Assembly (NCBI GenBank): GCA_937127445.1
Contig: CAKZLY010000023.1
Span: 18,107-82,106 of the forward strand
From: an uncultured Ignavibacteria bacterium
GTDB lineage: Bacteria > Bacteroidota > Ignavibacteria > Kapaibacteriales > UBA2268
DNA: 64,000 nucleotides
Direction: 5' to 3'
Shown here: positions 11,383 through 20,997 of the stretch, piece by piece
Position numbering within the stretch: the first letter of the stretch is position 1
Layout of the letters: the number at the start of each line of letters is the position of its first letter
The notes under the pieces: generated by a model
Databases searched by the model: none
What the model was told of the DNA's origin: nothing
What the model saw: the letters and a program-made list of their open reading frames with translations, nothing else
Made by a program: the position numbers and the translations under genes

Positions 11383-12543
11383 ATGGAAAAAAGAGATTAT
11401 TATGAGGTTTTAGGAGTATCAAGAACTGCATCAATTGATGAGATTAAATCTGCATATCGCAAATTAGCTATGAAATATCATCCTGATAGAAATCCAGGAA
11501 ATCCTGAAGCAGAAGAAAAATTCAAAGAAGCAGCCGAGGCTTATGATGTACTTAGCGACCCTGATAAAAGACAAAGATATGATACATATGGTCATCGTGG
11601 GATTGGGAATAGTGGAGCAGGGTTTTCGGGATATACAGATATTAATGATATATTTTCAAGGTTCAGCGATATTTTTGGTGGAAGTATTTTTGATGACTTT
11701 TTCGGCACTTCAAGCAGAAAAAGATCCCAGAAGAGAGATATGGGCGAACGTGGTTCGGACTTGCGAGTTAGGTTAACATTAACTTTAGAAGAAATTGCAA
11801 ATGGAGTTGATAAAACACTTAAAGTAAAAAAAATGGGGCGTTGCGAAGCCTGCCAGGGTAGTGGGGCAAAATCGAATAGTGGGTATGCAACGTGTCCAAC
11901 TTGTGGAGGAAGTGGTGAAATCAGACAAGTCTCACGTTCGGTTTTTGGCCAGTTCGTAAATATTTCCTCTTGTCCGAGCTGCGGTGGGTACGGACAAGTA
12001 ATAAAAGAAAAGTGTGAGATTTGCAATGGTGACGGGAGAGTAACAGTCGAAGAAACAATTCAAGTATCGATTCCAGCAGGAGTGGAAGAAGGAAACTATA
12101 TCCCATTACGGGGCAAAGGTAATGCTGGAAGACGCAATGGACCATCTGGCGACCTAATAGTGATAATCGAAGAAAAGCCTCACGAAATTTTCACACGACA
12201 GGGAGATAACATACTTTATCCGCTAACTATTAGTTTTCCAGAAGCTGCATTGGGTGCAGAAATTGAAATACCTACAATCGATGGAAAAGAAAAAATAAAA
12301 ATTAATCCTGGCACTCAACCTGGTGCAACAATAACACTAAGAGGGAAAGGAATAAAACGACTTAATTATGATAGCCGTGGGGATATGATTGTGTTGATTA
12401 ATGTTTATGTACCTACAAAACTTAATGCAAAAGAAAAAGAATTGCTTAAAGAACTGGCTAAATCTGAAAATATTGTTGCAAAAGCAAAAAACAAGAAAAC
12501 CAAAGATTTTTTCGACAAAGTAAAAGATACATTTTTTAGCTAA
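11383..12543 (+). CDS. dnaJ: Chaperone DnaJ
   Basis: J-domain with HPD, G/F region, four CxxCxGxG repeats; ATG 11383. Confidence 0.98.
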   Translation: MEKRDYYEVLGVSRTASIDEIKSAYRKLAMKYHPDRNPGNPEAEEKFKEAAEAYDVLSDPDKRQRYDTYGHRGIGNSGAGFSGYTDINDIFSRFSDIFGGSIFDDFFGTSSRKRSQKRDMGERGSDLRVRLTLTLEEIANGVDKTLKVKKMGRCEACQGSGAKSNSGYATCPTCGGSGEIRQVSRSVFGQFVNISSCPSCGGYGQVIKEKCEICNGDGRVTVEETIQVSIPAGVEEGNYIPLRGKGNAGRRNGPSGDLIVIIEEKPHEIFTRQGDNILYPLTISFPEAALGAEIEIPTIDGKEKIKINPGTQPGATITLRGKGIKRLNYDSRGDMIVLINVYVPTKLNAKEKELLKELAKSENIVAKAKNKKTKDFFDKVKDTFFS

Positions 12544-12559
12544 TATGTAATTCAAACTG

Positions 12560-12596
12560 AAAAGGATATTTCTCCCATGTGGGGAAACATCCTTTT
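12560..12596. terminator. Probable bidirectional intrinsic terminator between convergent dnaJ and the DHOD-like gene
   Basis: AAAAGGAT-A-TTTC-TCCC...GGGGAAA-C-ATCCTTTT imperfect inverted repeat with A/T tails on both sides. Confidence 0.75.
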
Positions 12597-12619
12597 ATAT
12601 TATCAATCAAATAAGAATT

Positions 12620-13621
12620 CTACAAATTTGATGTATTTTTTCCAGCAAAGTACTTCATAAATTGAGCTCTTTCATAAGCAGCAGGATCTGCAATAGAGGA
12701 TTGACTTAACTTGCCTCGGAAATCATCAATGGATGCATATCCTTTTGAATTCATCCATTTCTCGAGAGTGGTTAGCATATCTGGAACTACATCAAAACCA
12801 TTTTTATATAGAGTAGAAGCAACATGAACAACTTTTGCACCTGCAAGAAGTTGCTTAATCAATCCTTCGCCATCGTGAACACCTGTTGAAGCAGCGATAT
12901 CACAGCTTACTCTATTAGACATAATCCCAACCCAGCGTAAAGAAATATTAATATCATTCGGAGTACTATAAAGACTTGAAGGAATAATTTTCATTGAGTT
13001 AATATCAATATTTGGGCTGAAAAATCTGTTAAACAACGTAATACCAGCAATACCAGTTTCAGAAAGTTTTTTTATCATGTTTGCTAAATTAGTAAAGTAG
13101 TAGCTTATTTTTAAAGAAATAGGCAATTTTGTGCTTTCTTTAATTTTAGAAACAACATCAAAATACACTTTTTCATTTTCTTCGCTAGTATGATTAATAT
13201 CGGAAGGAAGGACAAAAACATTGAGTTCAAGAGCATCGGCACCGGCTTCATCCACTCTTTTTGCAAATAGTGTCCAATCATCAGCAGAAATGCAATTGAC
13301 ACTTGCAATAATCGGTACAGAAACAAATTTTTTTGCTTGCTCTATCAAAAAAAGATAGTTCGATATAGTATCTTCCATTTCATCAATAGCAAAAAAGTCA
13401 TAAATTTCCGGATACATTGTTTGAGGACGCTGAGCCTGAGCTAAGCTTTGAGCCATTTCTGCAAGAATTTCTTCTTCAAAAATTGATTTTAAAACTATTG
13501 CCCCAATACCTTTTTCATCTAATTTTTTCAAATCTTCTAAAGAATTAGTTAGTCCAGAGCTTCCTGCTACGATTGGATTACGAAGTTTCAGACCTAAATA
13601 GGTGGTTTCGAGATTTGTCAT
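12620..13621 (-). CDS. Dihydroorotate dehydrogenase-like FMN protein (DHOD_like family)
   Basis: YLGLKLRNPIVAGSS, VLKSIFEEEI, LELN, TLFNRF, AASTGVH, YERAQF. Confidence 0.88.
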   Translation of the reverse strand: MTNLETTYLGLKLRNPIVAGSSGLTNSLEDLKKLDEKGIGAIVLKSIFEEEILAEMAQSLAQAQRPQTMYPEIYDFFAIDEMEDTISNYLFLIEQAKKFVSVPIIASVNCISADDWTLFAKRVDEAGADALELNVFVLPSDINHTSEENEKVYFDVVSKIKESTKLPISLKISYYFTNLANMIKKLSETGIAGITLFNRFFSPNIDINSMKIIPSSLYSTPNDINISLRWVGIMSNRVSCDIAASTGVHDGEGLIKQLLAGAKVVHVASTLYKNGFDVVPDMLTTLEKWMNSKGYASIDDFRGKLSQSSIADPAAYERAQFMKYFAGKNTSNL

Positions 13622-13738
13622 ATAAATACCTCATAGAATATTAAGGAATGTAGTTGTGATAATAAACGAAATAAGTTTATTTAAAGTGTTGAAAAGAATG
13701 CTAAATAGTTTTTTCTTTTAATGTAGTTGCTTTTTTTC

Positions 13739-13746
13739 TAATTTTG
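13739..13746 (+). promoter_or_regulatory. Bacteroidota-type -7 promoter element (TAnnTTTG) for lgt
   Basis: TAATTTTG 36 nt upstream of the ATG. Confidence 0.55.
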
Positions 13747-13782
13747 TATAACTAACATCATTTTTAGAAACGAAGAAAAAAT

Positions 13783-14577
13783 ATGGATATTTTTTTATCA
13801 TTAATTCATTGGAATGCTTCTCCTGAAATATTCAATATTGGCGGCATAACTCTACGTTGGTATGGATTGCTTTTTGCACTTGGCTTTGTTATAGGATATT
13901 TGATCATGCAGCAGATTTTTAGTAAGGAGGGGAAAACACAGAAAGACCTTGATGTACTTACAACTGCAATGGTTGTTGGAACAATTGTTGGTGCAAGATT
14001 AGGACATTGTTTATTTTATGAACCGTCATATTATTTAGCTAATCCAATAAAAATTCTTTACGTATGGGAAGGAGGACTTGCAAGTCACGGTGGAGCAATA
14101 GGCATATTGATAGCACTTTATTTTTACATCAAAAAAAGACCACATATTAATTTTTTCTGGCTTGTTGATAGGCTTGTAATTGTAACTGCGTTGGCAGGAA
14201 GTTTTATTCGCCTTGGTAATTTTTTCAATTCGGAAATATATGGAGCGCCGACAAATATTCCGTGGGCAGTTATTTTTGAGAGAGTAGATAGCGTACCTCG
14301 GCATCCTTCTCAAATATACGAAGCCCTTGCCTATTTTACTACTTTTTTGATATTACTATTTACATATAAAAACAAGAAAAGTAAGCTTCGAGCAGGTTTC
14401 AACTCTGGACTTTTTTTGATATTGGTGTTCGGATTTAGATTTTTCATAGAATTTTTGAAAGCACCACAAGTAGAGTTTGAATCGCAAATGGCATTGAATA
14501 TGGGTCAGATATTAAGTGTTCCATTCATATTAGTGGGATTATATTTTTTGTTTAGGAAGTCTGAAAAATCGAATTAA
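13783..14577 (+). CDS. lgt: Prolipoprotein diacylglyceryl transferase
   Basis: LRWYG, GARLGH, WEGGLASHGG, RLGNFFNSE, HPSQIYE, MGQILS. Confidence 0.97.
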   Translation: MDIFLSLIHWNASPEIFNIGGITLRWYGLLFALGFVIGYLIMQQIFSKEGKTQKDLDVLTTAMVVGTIVGARLGHCLFYEPSYYLANPIKILYVWEGGLASHGGAIGILIALYFYIKKRPHINFFWLVDRLVIVTALAGSFIRLGNFFNSEIYGAPTNIPWAVIFERVDSVPRHPSQIYEALAYFTTFLILLFTYKNKKSKLRAGFNSGLFLILVFGFRFFIEFLKAPQVEFESQMALNMGQILSVPFILVGLYFLFRKSEKSN

Positions 14578-15484
14578 TTGTTTTTTTATCAAGTAATTTC
14601 TTAACTATTCCATATCTTAGTCCGTAGGCACTGACAATAACTCTATCAGAGTTAATTGCATTTAAGATTTCATATAAAATTAGTGCACCGGCTGGAAGCA
14701 CATCAGCTCTTCTTTGCGGGATATTGTATTTTAATTCAATTTCACGAGAAGACATTTTAAATAAATCATCGCTTATTGTTTTGATTCTGCATCTTAATAG
14801 TTCATAGTTGTGAATTTTTTCAACATCAAAGTATTTCAAATTCAAATTGATTGATGCAAGTGATGTTGCAGTGCCAGCAACTGCGTAAACTTTTCCTTGA
14901 AATTCTCCAAATCGCAAATCTTTGATACTTTCTAAAATATGGGTTTTCATAATTTCTATTTCTGTACTTCGCGCAGGATTATGCTTTAAAAAGCGTTCAG
15001 TTAAACGGACTGCACCTAATTCGGTAGAAATTCGATAATTGATTTGGTAGTTTTCTCCAATAATAATTTCGGTGCTACCGCCGCCAATATCAATAACTAG
15101 TGCTTCGTCTGGTGTTTCGATAGTGCCAGTAAAGCTAAGTTCAGCTTCTACTTCACCAGAAACAATAATAACTTCACAACCTAAAATTTTCTTGAAAAGT
15201 TGCAACACTTCGAGGTTGTTTTTTGCGAGCCTCATTGAAGAGGTACAAACTGCGAGGGCAGTATCAACTTTGTGTTTATTCATTATTTGAACATAATCTC
15301 TAAGTATTATTTCTGCCCGTTTAATAGCGCTTGAAGAGATAAAACCTGTTTTATCAACATCTTCTCCAAGTCTCGCGATTGAATGGACATCATCAATAAC
15401 CTGAAATTCGCGGGAACTTGTTCCTTTTGCGATTGTCATTAAAATAGTGTTTGTCCCAATATCAATTCCAGCATAAATGTTCAT
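14552..15484 (-). CDS. ppx: Ppx/GppA family exopolyphosphatase
   Basis: IDIGTNT, SGEVEA, DIGGGSTE, GAVRLTE, RADV, GLRYG. Confidence 0.9.
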   Translation of the reverse strand: MNIYAGIDIGTNTILMTIAKGTSSREFQVIDDVHSIARLGEDVDKTGFISSSAIKRAEIILRDYVQIMNKHKVDTALAVCTSSMRLAKNNLEVLQLFKKILGCEVIIVSGEVEAELSFTGTIETPDEALVIDIGGGSTEIIIGENYQINYRISTELGAVRLTERFLKHNPARSTEIEIMKTHILESIKDLRFGEFQGKVYAVAGTATSLASINLNLKYFDVEKIHNYELLRCRIKTISDDLFKMSSREIELKYNIPQRRADVLPAGALILYEILNAINSDRVIVSAYGLRYGIVKKLLDKKTINSIFQTS

Positions 15485-15485
15485 T

Positions 15486-16331
15486 TTACTTTGCCCTCAA
15501 ATGAATTGCAACCCACTCATTTTCTTCTAATGTTTCAATATGCTCAAAATTATTATTGCAATATTGGTCTATTATGTAATTCTTGTCGTATTTCAAAATA
15601 CCTGAAAGGATTAAATTACCTTTGCATTCTTTAAGTGCGGAATAAAATTTTTCGACAGTCTTATCAAGAATATTCAGAAACATATTGGCGACAATACCAT
15701 TGCAGCTTGGCATAATAATATCAAAAACGTTATTTTGTTCAATAACATATTCTCCATCGATATTGTTTAGTTCGAAATTTTCGCGAGCATTCAGAACCGA
15801 CCATTCGTCGTAATCGAAAGCATAAACCTTGGAAGCACCTAATTTTTTCGCTAAAATTGCTAAAATCCCCGTTCCTGTACCTGCATCAATCCAAAAATCA
15901 CCTGACTTTACATTTTTTCCTAATAGCTGGCAGACAAGTTTAGTTGTTGAATGTTGCCCTGTTCCAAAAGACATTTTGGGGTTAATGATGATTTTAATAT
16001 CAGTGTCAAGCTGTTCAATTTTCCATTGAGGAGCAATACCAATTTTATCATTTATTTTAATAATAGGAGTATTTTGCTCAATTTCTGCGTTCCAATTTTT
16101 GTCTTCGATTACTTCTTCGCTAATAATTTTAATATTGGGAATATATTCTTTGAGCAAATTAAGAAGTTCAAGTTTTATTCTATCGTTCCAATTATCATTT
16201 TGGAAACACACTACAATTTCATCGAATAATTCTTCTATTCCTTCAATGTTATAATTTTCAATCACAACATAGAAATATGGGAAAAATTCTTCTAAAAGAC
16301 TAAATTTAACATTAATAAATTTTTTCAGCAT
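15486..16331 (-). CDS. prmA: Ribosomal protein L11 methyltransferase
   Basis: INPKMSFGTGQHSTT, DAGTGTGILA, VANM, ILSGIL. Confidence 0.95.
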   Translation of the reverse strand: MLKKFINVKFSLLEEFFPYFYVVIENYNIEGIEELFDEIVVCFQNDNWNDRIKLELLNLLKEYIPNIKIISEEVIEDKNWNAEIEQNTPIIKINDKIGIAPQWKIEQLDTDIKIIINPKMSFGTGQHSTTKLVCQLLGKNVKSGDFWIDAGTGTGILAILAKKLGASKVYAFDYDEWSVLNARENFELNNIDGEYVIEQNNVFDIIMPSCNGIVANMFLNILDKTVEKFYSALKECKGNLILSGILKYDKNYIIDQYCNNNFEHIETLEENEWVAIHLRAK

Positions 16332-16400
16332 AATAATCCAATAAAAATAATGTTGATACTACTATTAAGTAAATTGATTGTATCACTAATACACAAATAT

Positions 16401-16925
16401 ATGAAATTAACTGAACTAAAAGAAAAACTAAAAAAAGTAAAATTATTAGCAATGGACGTCGACGGGACATTAACAGATGGGAGTTTATACTACTCGGAAA
16501 ATGGTGAGATAATGAAACGATTTTGTGCAAAAGATGGGATGGGAATAACACTGCTGAACAAAGCAGGAATACCAAGTGCTATAGTAACAAGTGAGATTTC
16601 GCAAATAGTAACAAATCGAGCAAAAAAATTAAAAATAGAACACGTAATATTAGGTAGTAGAAATAAATTTCAGGCAATCGGAGATTTAGCAGAGCAATTA
16701 GGTATTAGGGTAGAAGAAATAGCATATATTGGAGATGATGTAAATGATTATTTTGCTTTGAAAGGTGTAGGCTTTTCTGCTTGTCCACAAAATGCGAATG
16801 AAGCCATAAAAGAGGTTGTTGATTATGTATGCAAAAATAATGCGGGTGACGGAGCAGTAAGAGAAATTTGCGATTTAATTTTGCTTTCACAAAATAAATC
16901 ATTAATTTTAGAAGAGAACTGGTAA
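16401..16925 (+). CDS. kdsC: KDO 8-phosphate phosphatase (HAD)
   Basis: MDVDGTLTDG, KDGMGI, YIGDDVND, GDGAVRE. Confidence 0.88.
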   Translation: MKLTELKEKLKKVKLLAMDVDGTLTDGSLYYSENGEIMKRFCAKDGMGITLLNKAGIPSAIVTSEISQIVTNRAKKLKIEHVILGSRNKFQAIGDLAEQLGIRVEEIAYIGDDVNDYFALKGVGFSACPQNANEAIKEVVDYVCKNNAGDGAVREICDLILLSQNKSLILEENW

Positions 16926-16948
16926 TTTTCATTTCAAAGGAGGTCAAA

Positions 16949-17380
16949 ATGGATTTAAAAAGTGAATATTCGAAAGGCTTCGTTGTTGGTGCTATCATTG
17001 GTGGAGTTGCAGGAGCAATAACAGCATTGCTTTTAGCACCGAAAAGCGGCACTGAGTTAAGACGTGATATTGCTGATACTTCGGCAGAACTTTATAGCAA
17101 GGCAGCAGATTATTTAAAGCAAATTGAGAAGAAAGCAGAAGAAAGCTTTGTAAAAACTGTTAATGAAGGGAAAGTTAAAGCTGAAAGCATTATTGAAAGT
17201 GCCAAACAACAAGCACAAGAAATAATGAGTGGAGCAGAAAACATTCTTCAACAAGCAAAAGCAAAAGCTGTTGAAGCAAAAGAAGCAGTTGCACACAACT
17301 ACGACACAATCAAAGATGCTGCAAAGGCAGGTGCTGAAGCTTTCAAAGCTGAGCTCAAAGCATCTCGTGGTAATGAATAA
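16949..17380 (+). CDS. YtxH-domain protein
   Basis: FVVGAIIGGVAGAITALLLAPKSGTELR followed by an Ala/Lys/Glu helical region; AGGAGG RBS. Confidence 0.9.
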   Translation: MDLKSEYSKGFVVGAIIGGVAGAITALLLAPKSGTELRRDIADTSAELYSKAADYLKQIEKKAEESFVKTVNEGKVKAESIIESAKQQAQEIMSGAENILQQAKAKAVEAKEAVAHNYDTIKDAAKAGAEAFKAELKASRGNE

Positions 17381-17391
17381 AAGGTGAGATA

Positions 17392-17865
17392 ATGCTTACA
17401 GCATTAATCATTGTTGGCATTTTAGCTGGCATAGCGATAATTTTTGCTGCATTAAGTATTGTCGATTCGGTAAAATCCTATAAGATGTTAGCTGAAAATG
17501 CACAAAAGAACCTTGATAAGATTACTTCTGACACTAATGAATTGAAAACAAGATTAATTCAATCATTAGATGAATTATCTGTTGTTAAAAGTAAGCTATT
17601 AGTAGTATTGGGTGAAATAGTTGAGTTGAAAAACGATATATCTTCCTCATTGCAAAGTGTTGATAGCCTTGCAAAAACGATAGATAATTCTGCTCAAAAT
17701 GTTGGAGAAAAAGTTGAAATTCTGTTTAAAAAGCTCGAACCTCTGGAAAATTTAACCAAAGTACTTTATTCAATGATTATGAACCCTGTTAATAATTCTC
17801 TTACTTTATTAAATGCCACAAAAAAGGCAATCAGTGCTTTTACGGGGAAATTATTTCATAAGTAA
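17392..17865 (+). CDS. DUF948/YtxG-like membrane-anchored coiled-coil protein
   Basis: N-terminal TM then heptad-like helices; adjacent to ytxH. Confidence 0.6.
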   Translation: MLTALIIVGILAGIAIIFAALSIVDSVKSYKMLAENAQKNLDKITSDTNELKTRLIQSLDELSVVKSKLLVVLGEIVELKNDISSSLQSVDSLAKTIDNSAQNVGEKVEILFKKLEPLENLTKVLYSMIMNPVNNSLTLLNATKKAISAFTGKLFHK

Positions 17866-17887
17866 GTACGTTCGAGATGAATTTTTG

Positions 17888-17917
17888 GGATGTCAGTTGT
17901 CAACTGACATCCTTTTT
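17888..17917 (+). terminator. Intrinsic terminator
   Basis: GGATGTCAGTTG-T-CAACTGACATCC followed by TTTTT. Confidence 0.85.
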
Positions 17918-17987
17918 AATAAATATTTTTTTTGCTATATTTATTTGAATTTATTTGAATATATTTTATTATTTTTAAAATAACACG

Positions 17988-19100
17988 ATGGAAAATAATA
18001 TAATTCCTGAATTCTCAGAAGAATTGTTAAAAAATAAAATTCAAGAGCTGTCCGAGTTCATTAATGCTGTCCCCGAAATCTATTTAATAATAGATGAGGA
18101 AAGGAGAGTTGTTTTTGCAAATAAAGCGATGTATGATTTTTTCAAAGATAAGCAAATACATCAAGTTATTGGGAATAGATTAGGGCACTTGCTTAATTGT
18201 CGGCATGCAGCCGAATCAATATATGGTTGTGGTACAACTGAAACCTGTCAAACTTGTGGTGCTTTCAAAGCAATTGTTGAGAGCTTACACGGCAAAAATG
18301 TAGTACATGAATGTAGAATAGAGCAACACGAAACTGGAGATGCTCTTGATTTTCGAGTATGGGCAACCACATATGATTACAATGGGACTACATATTCAAT
18401 ATTAGCTTTATCAGATATTAGCGATGAAAAACGCCGTCAAGCACTTGAAAGAATTTTTTTTCACGATATTTTGAATACTGCTGGCGGATTGTATGGGATA
18501 GCTCAACTATTAAATGAGAGTCCAGATAATATTGATGAATTTAAAGATATCATTTTCAATCTATCTGAAAGATTAATTGAAGAGATTAACTCACAGAAAT
18601 TGCTTTTATCCGCAGAGAAACATGAACTTGTTATTTCTATTGATGAAATTTACACGAGAAAATTAGTTGAAGAAATTGCATCTACTTACACAAAGAATTA
18701 TCAAGTTAAAAATAAAAAAATCGATATTGATTCAAAGACTGTTGATATAAAGATTATTTCAGATAGAGCATTACTACGTAGAGTGCTTCTGAATATGCTG
18801 AAAAATGCAGTCGAAGCGACTCCAGCAAATGGAACTATTACTATCGGTTGTACAGAGCTTGAAAATGAAGTTGAATTTTGGGTCCATAATCCAGTTTACA
18901 TCCCAAGAGAAATTCAACTACAAATATTTAAGCGCTCATTTTCGACGAAAGGGGCCGGCCGTGGTCTTGGCACATACAGCATGAAATTATTAAGTGAAAG
19001 ATATTTAAATGGCAAAGTTTCATTCAGAAGTGACGAAGAGTTAGGAACCGTATTTATGGCACGCTATCCAATTGAAATTAAAAGAAACTATAATGTTTAG
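17988..19100 (+). CDS. Cytoplasmic PAS-like (Cys-rich) sensor histidine kinase
   Basis: PAS-like N-terminus with four clustered Cys, H-box FFHDILN, NMLKNAVEA, FSTKGAGRGLGT. Confidence 0.9.
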   Translation: MENNIIPEFSEELLKNKIQELSEFINAVPEIYLIIDEERRVVFANKAMYDFFKDKQIHQVIGNRLGHLLNCRHAAESIYGCGTTETCQTCGAFKAIVESLHGKNVVHECRIEQHETGDALDFRVWATTYDYNGTTYSILALSDISDEKRRQALERIFFHDILNTAGGLYGIAQLLNESPDNIDEFKDIIFNLSERLIEEINSQKLLLSAEKHELVISIDEIYTRKLVEEIASTYTKNYQVKNKKIDIDSKTVDIKIISDRALLRRVLLNMLKNAVEATPANGTITIGCTELENEVEFWVHNPVYIPREIQLQIFKRSFSTKGAGRGLGTYSMKLLSERYLNGKVSFRSDEELGTVFMARYPIEIKRNYNV

Positions 19101-19917
19101 AAGAGTTACAATATTCTTTATAATATTATTAACTTCCTGTAATATTTTTCAGCCTAAGACTTCTACAATTAGGATCAAAGGTTCCGATACAATGTTGGGA
19201 TTAGTTGAAATGCTTTCGCGTGAGTATATGAGATTACATCCGAATGTGGCAATATATGTTGACGGAGGAGGTTCGAAAAATGGGATTGCTTCACTTACAA
19301 GCAAAGAGATTGATATAGCTATGGTATCAAGATTACTCACACCTGATGAAATTGCTATGTTTGCAGCAGAAAATCAGTCAATCGGAATATCATACCTTAT
19401 TGCAAAAGATGCTATTAGTATTTACATACATCCAGATAATCCTGTAAAAGACTTTACTATTGATAGATTAAGGAAAATATTTACTTGTAGAATTAATAAT
19501 TGGAAAGAATTAGGAGGATTCGATCACATTATTAATTTATTCATAAGGAATCCGAATTCAGGAACATATTATTATTTTCAACAAATAGTACTAAACGGGG
19601 AATCATTTTGTTCGGCAGCTTCATCAGAATCTAATACAAATAAATTAGTTGGGAAAATTGCAAAGGACAAATATGCTATTGGTTTTGGAGGAATCGGATT
19701 TGATGACGGAGTTGAACATGCAAAAGTCAATGGAGTAGAACCAACAGAAGAAAATATAAGAAAAGATCTATATCCATTAAGCAGATATTTATATTTTATT
19801 ACTTTAAAACAACCCGAAGGAGCAGTGAAAAATTTTATTGATTGGGTATTGAGTCATTATGCTCAATCGTTAATTAAACAATCCAGATATGTGCCAATTT
19901 GGAATATTACCTATTGA
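19093..19917 (+). CDS. pstS: Phosphate-binding lipoprotein, PstS family
   Basis: Lipobox LTSC, IKGSDT, GGGSKNGI, SR, RNPNSGT, YPLSRYLY. Confidence 0.88.
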   Translation: MFRRVTIFFIILLTSCNIFQPKTSTIRIKGSDTMLGLVEMLSREYMRLHPNVAIYVDGGGSKNGIASLTSKEIDIAMVSRLLTPDEIAMFAAENQSIGISYLIAKDAISIYIHPDNPVKDFTIDRLRKIFTCRINNWKELGGFDHIINLFIRNPNSGTYYYFQQIVLNGESFCSAASSESNTNKLVGKIAKDKYAIGFGGIGFDDGVEHAKVNGVEPTEENIRKDLYPLSRYLYFITLKQPEGAVKNFIDWVLSHYAQSLIKQSRYVPIWNITY

Positions 19918-20540
19918 TGAAGCAACTGCCAGTAGAATTAAAAAAACATTATCATAAGAATAGAGAATTAATAAAGAAACGTTTAAATGAATTTGCTGCG
20001 ATACCAAAAGAAGTTTATTTCTACGAATTATGTTATTGTATCTGCACACCACAATCATCTGCTAAAAATGCCGAAAAAGTAGAACAAAAATTAATTGAAA
20101 TGGATTTTTTAAATCAAGATATCAACCCTGTGGAATTGCTAGCCAAACGGGAACATTATATAAGATTTCATAATCAAAAATCAAAAAGATTAGTTGAAGC
20201 AAAAAACAAATATCCTAAATTACTGGAAATATTAGACAGTTCGATTGCCCCAATAGCAAAGAGAGAAAGAATTGTGGAATTAATAAAAGGAATTGGTTAC
20301 AAAGAGGCATCACATTTTTTAAGGAACATTGGATATAAAAATTTAGCAATAATAGATAGACATTTGCTAAAAAATTTAATAAAATGTGGTATTATAGAAA
20401 GTATTCCGAAGTCAATCAGTAAAACTAAATATTTAGAAATAGAAGAGAAGTTCAAAGATTATGCTAAAAAAGTAAATATTTCACTTGATGAATTAGATTT
20501 GCTTTTTTGGAGTTATGAAACTGGAATGATATTAAAATAA
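19917..20540 (+). CDS. ogg: 8-oxoguanine N-glycosylase/DNA lyase, OGG2 (archaeal-type) family
   Basis: ELCYCICTPQSSA, RFHNQK, HhH KGIGYKEASHFLRNIG, AIIDRH, YLEIE, LDLLFW, C-terminal Lys; TGATG overlap with pstS. Confidence 0.88.
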   Translation: MKQLPVELKKHYHKNRELIKKRLNEFAAIPKEVYFYELCYCICTPQSSAKNAEKVEQKLIEMDFLNQDINPVELLAKREHYIRFHNQKSKRLVEAKNKYPKLLEILDSSIAPIAKRERIVELIKGIGYKEASHFLRNIGYKNLAIIDRHLLKNLIKCGIIESIPKSISKTKYLEIEEKFKDYAKKVNISLDELDLLFWSYETGMILK

Positions 20541-20563
20541 AGGGTGCTCCTAAAGAACACCCT
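20541..20563. terminator. Hairpin between convergent ogg and rpoZ
   Basis: AGGGTGCTC-CTAAA-GAACACCCT imperfect inverted repeat. Confidence 0.55.
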
Positions 20564-20568
20564 AATAT

Positions 20569-20874
20569 TTATTGATTATCACTTTCTTTTGGGATTTCGA
20601 AGGTTAATTTGCCTTCATAAATTTCCTTCATAGCAAGGAAAGTTGGCTTCGGTAGTTTATCAAAATCACGACTAATTGAAATTTGGTCTAAATTTGCGCC
20701 TTCGGATTCGTCGGTATTTGGAATTATATCTGCCATTTTATTGTTAAGTTCATTTTTTATGTCGTCATTTATTTGTCTGGCACGCATTCCCATAGCAACA
20801 ATCGATTGATAAATTGAACCTTTTTCGGATTCTTTCATTCGCACGATAACAGGATTGATAATATATTTTTCCAT
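20569..20874 (-). CDS. rpoZ: RNA polymerase omega subunit, Bacteroidota type
   Basis: SIYQSIVAMGMRARQIN...QISISRDFDKLPKPT...EGKL pattern. Confidence 0.82.
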   Translation of the reverse strand: MEKYIINPVIVRMKESEKGSIYQSIVAMGMRARQINDDIKNELNNKMADIIPNTDESEGANLDQISISRDFDKLPKPTFLAMKEIYEGKLTFEIPKESDNQ

Positions 20875-20907
20875 TTTCCCTCCATAAATTTATGGGATTA
20901 AAGATTA

Positions 20908-20969
20908 CAAAAATAATAATAAAAAAAATAACAAAAAACTTTTTTTATTGGAATGAATTAATAATTTTG
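20908..20969. promoter_or_regulatory. Divergent TAnnTTTG promoter pair for rpoZ (-, 20908-20915) and the merR-like gene (+, 20962-20969)
   Basis: TATTTTTG on the minus strand and TAATTTTG on the plus strand, each about 30 nt before its ATG. Confidence 0.55.
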
Positions 20970-20997
20970 CTTTTTAAACTTGAAATAACAAATCAAA

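Noticed and set aside
11543-12555. Several short ORFs overlapping dnaJ (similar ones lie within uvrC, ispG, panC and the acyl-CoA synthetase)
   Set aside because: Antisense or frame-shifted shadows of well-conserved genes, with no independent signals.
8087-16331. rsmE, dnaJ and prmA within about 8 kb, as a relic of the Firmicutes dnaJ-prmA-rsmE operon
   Set aside because: Different order and strands with unrelated genes between; cannot be told from chance without synteny data.
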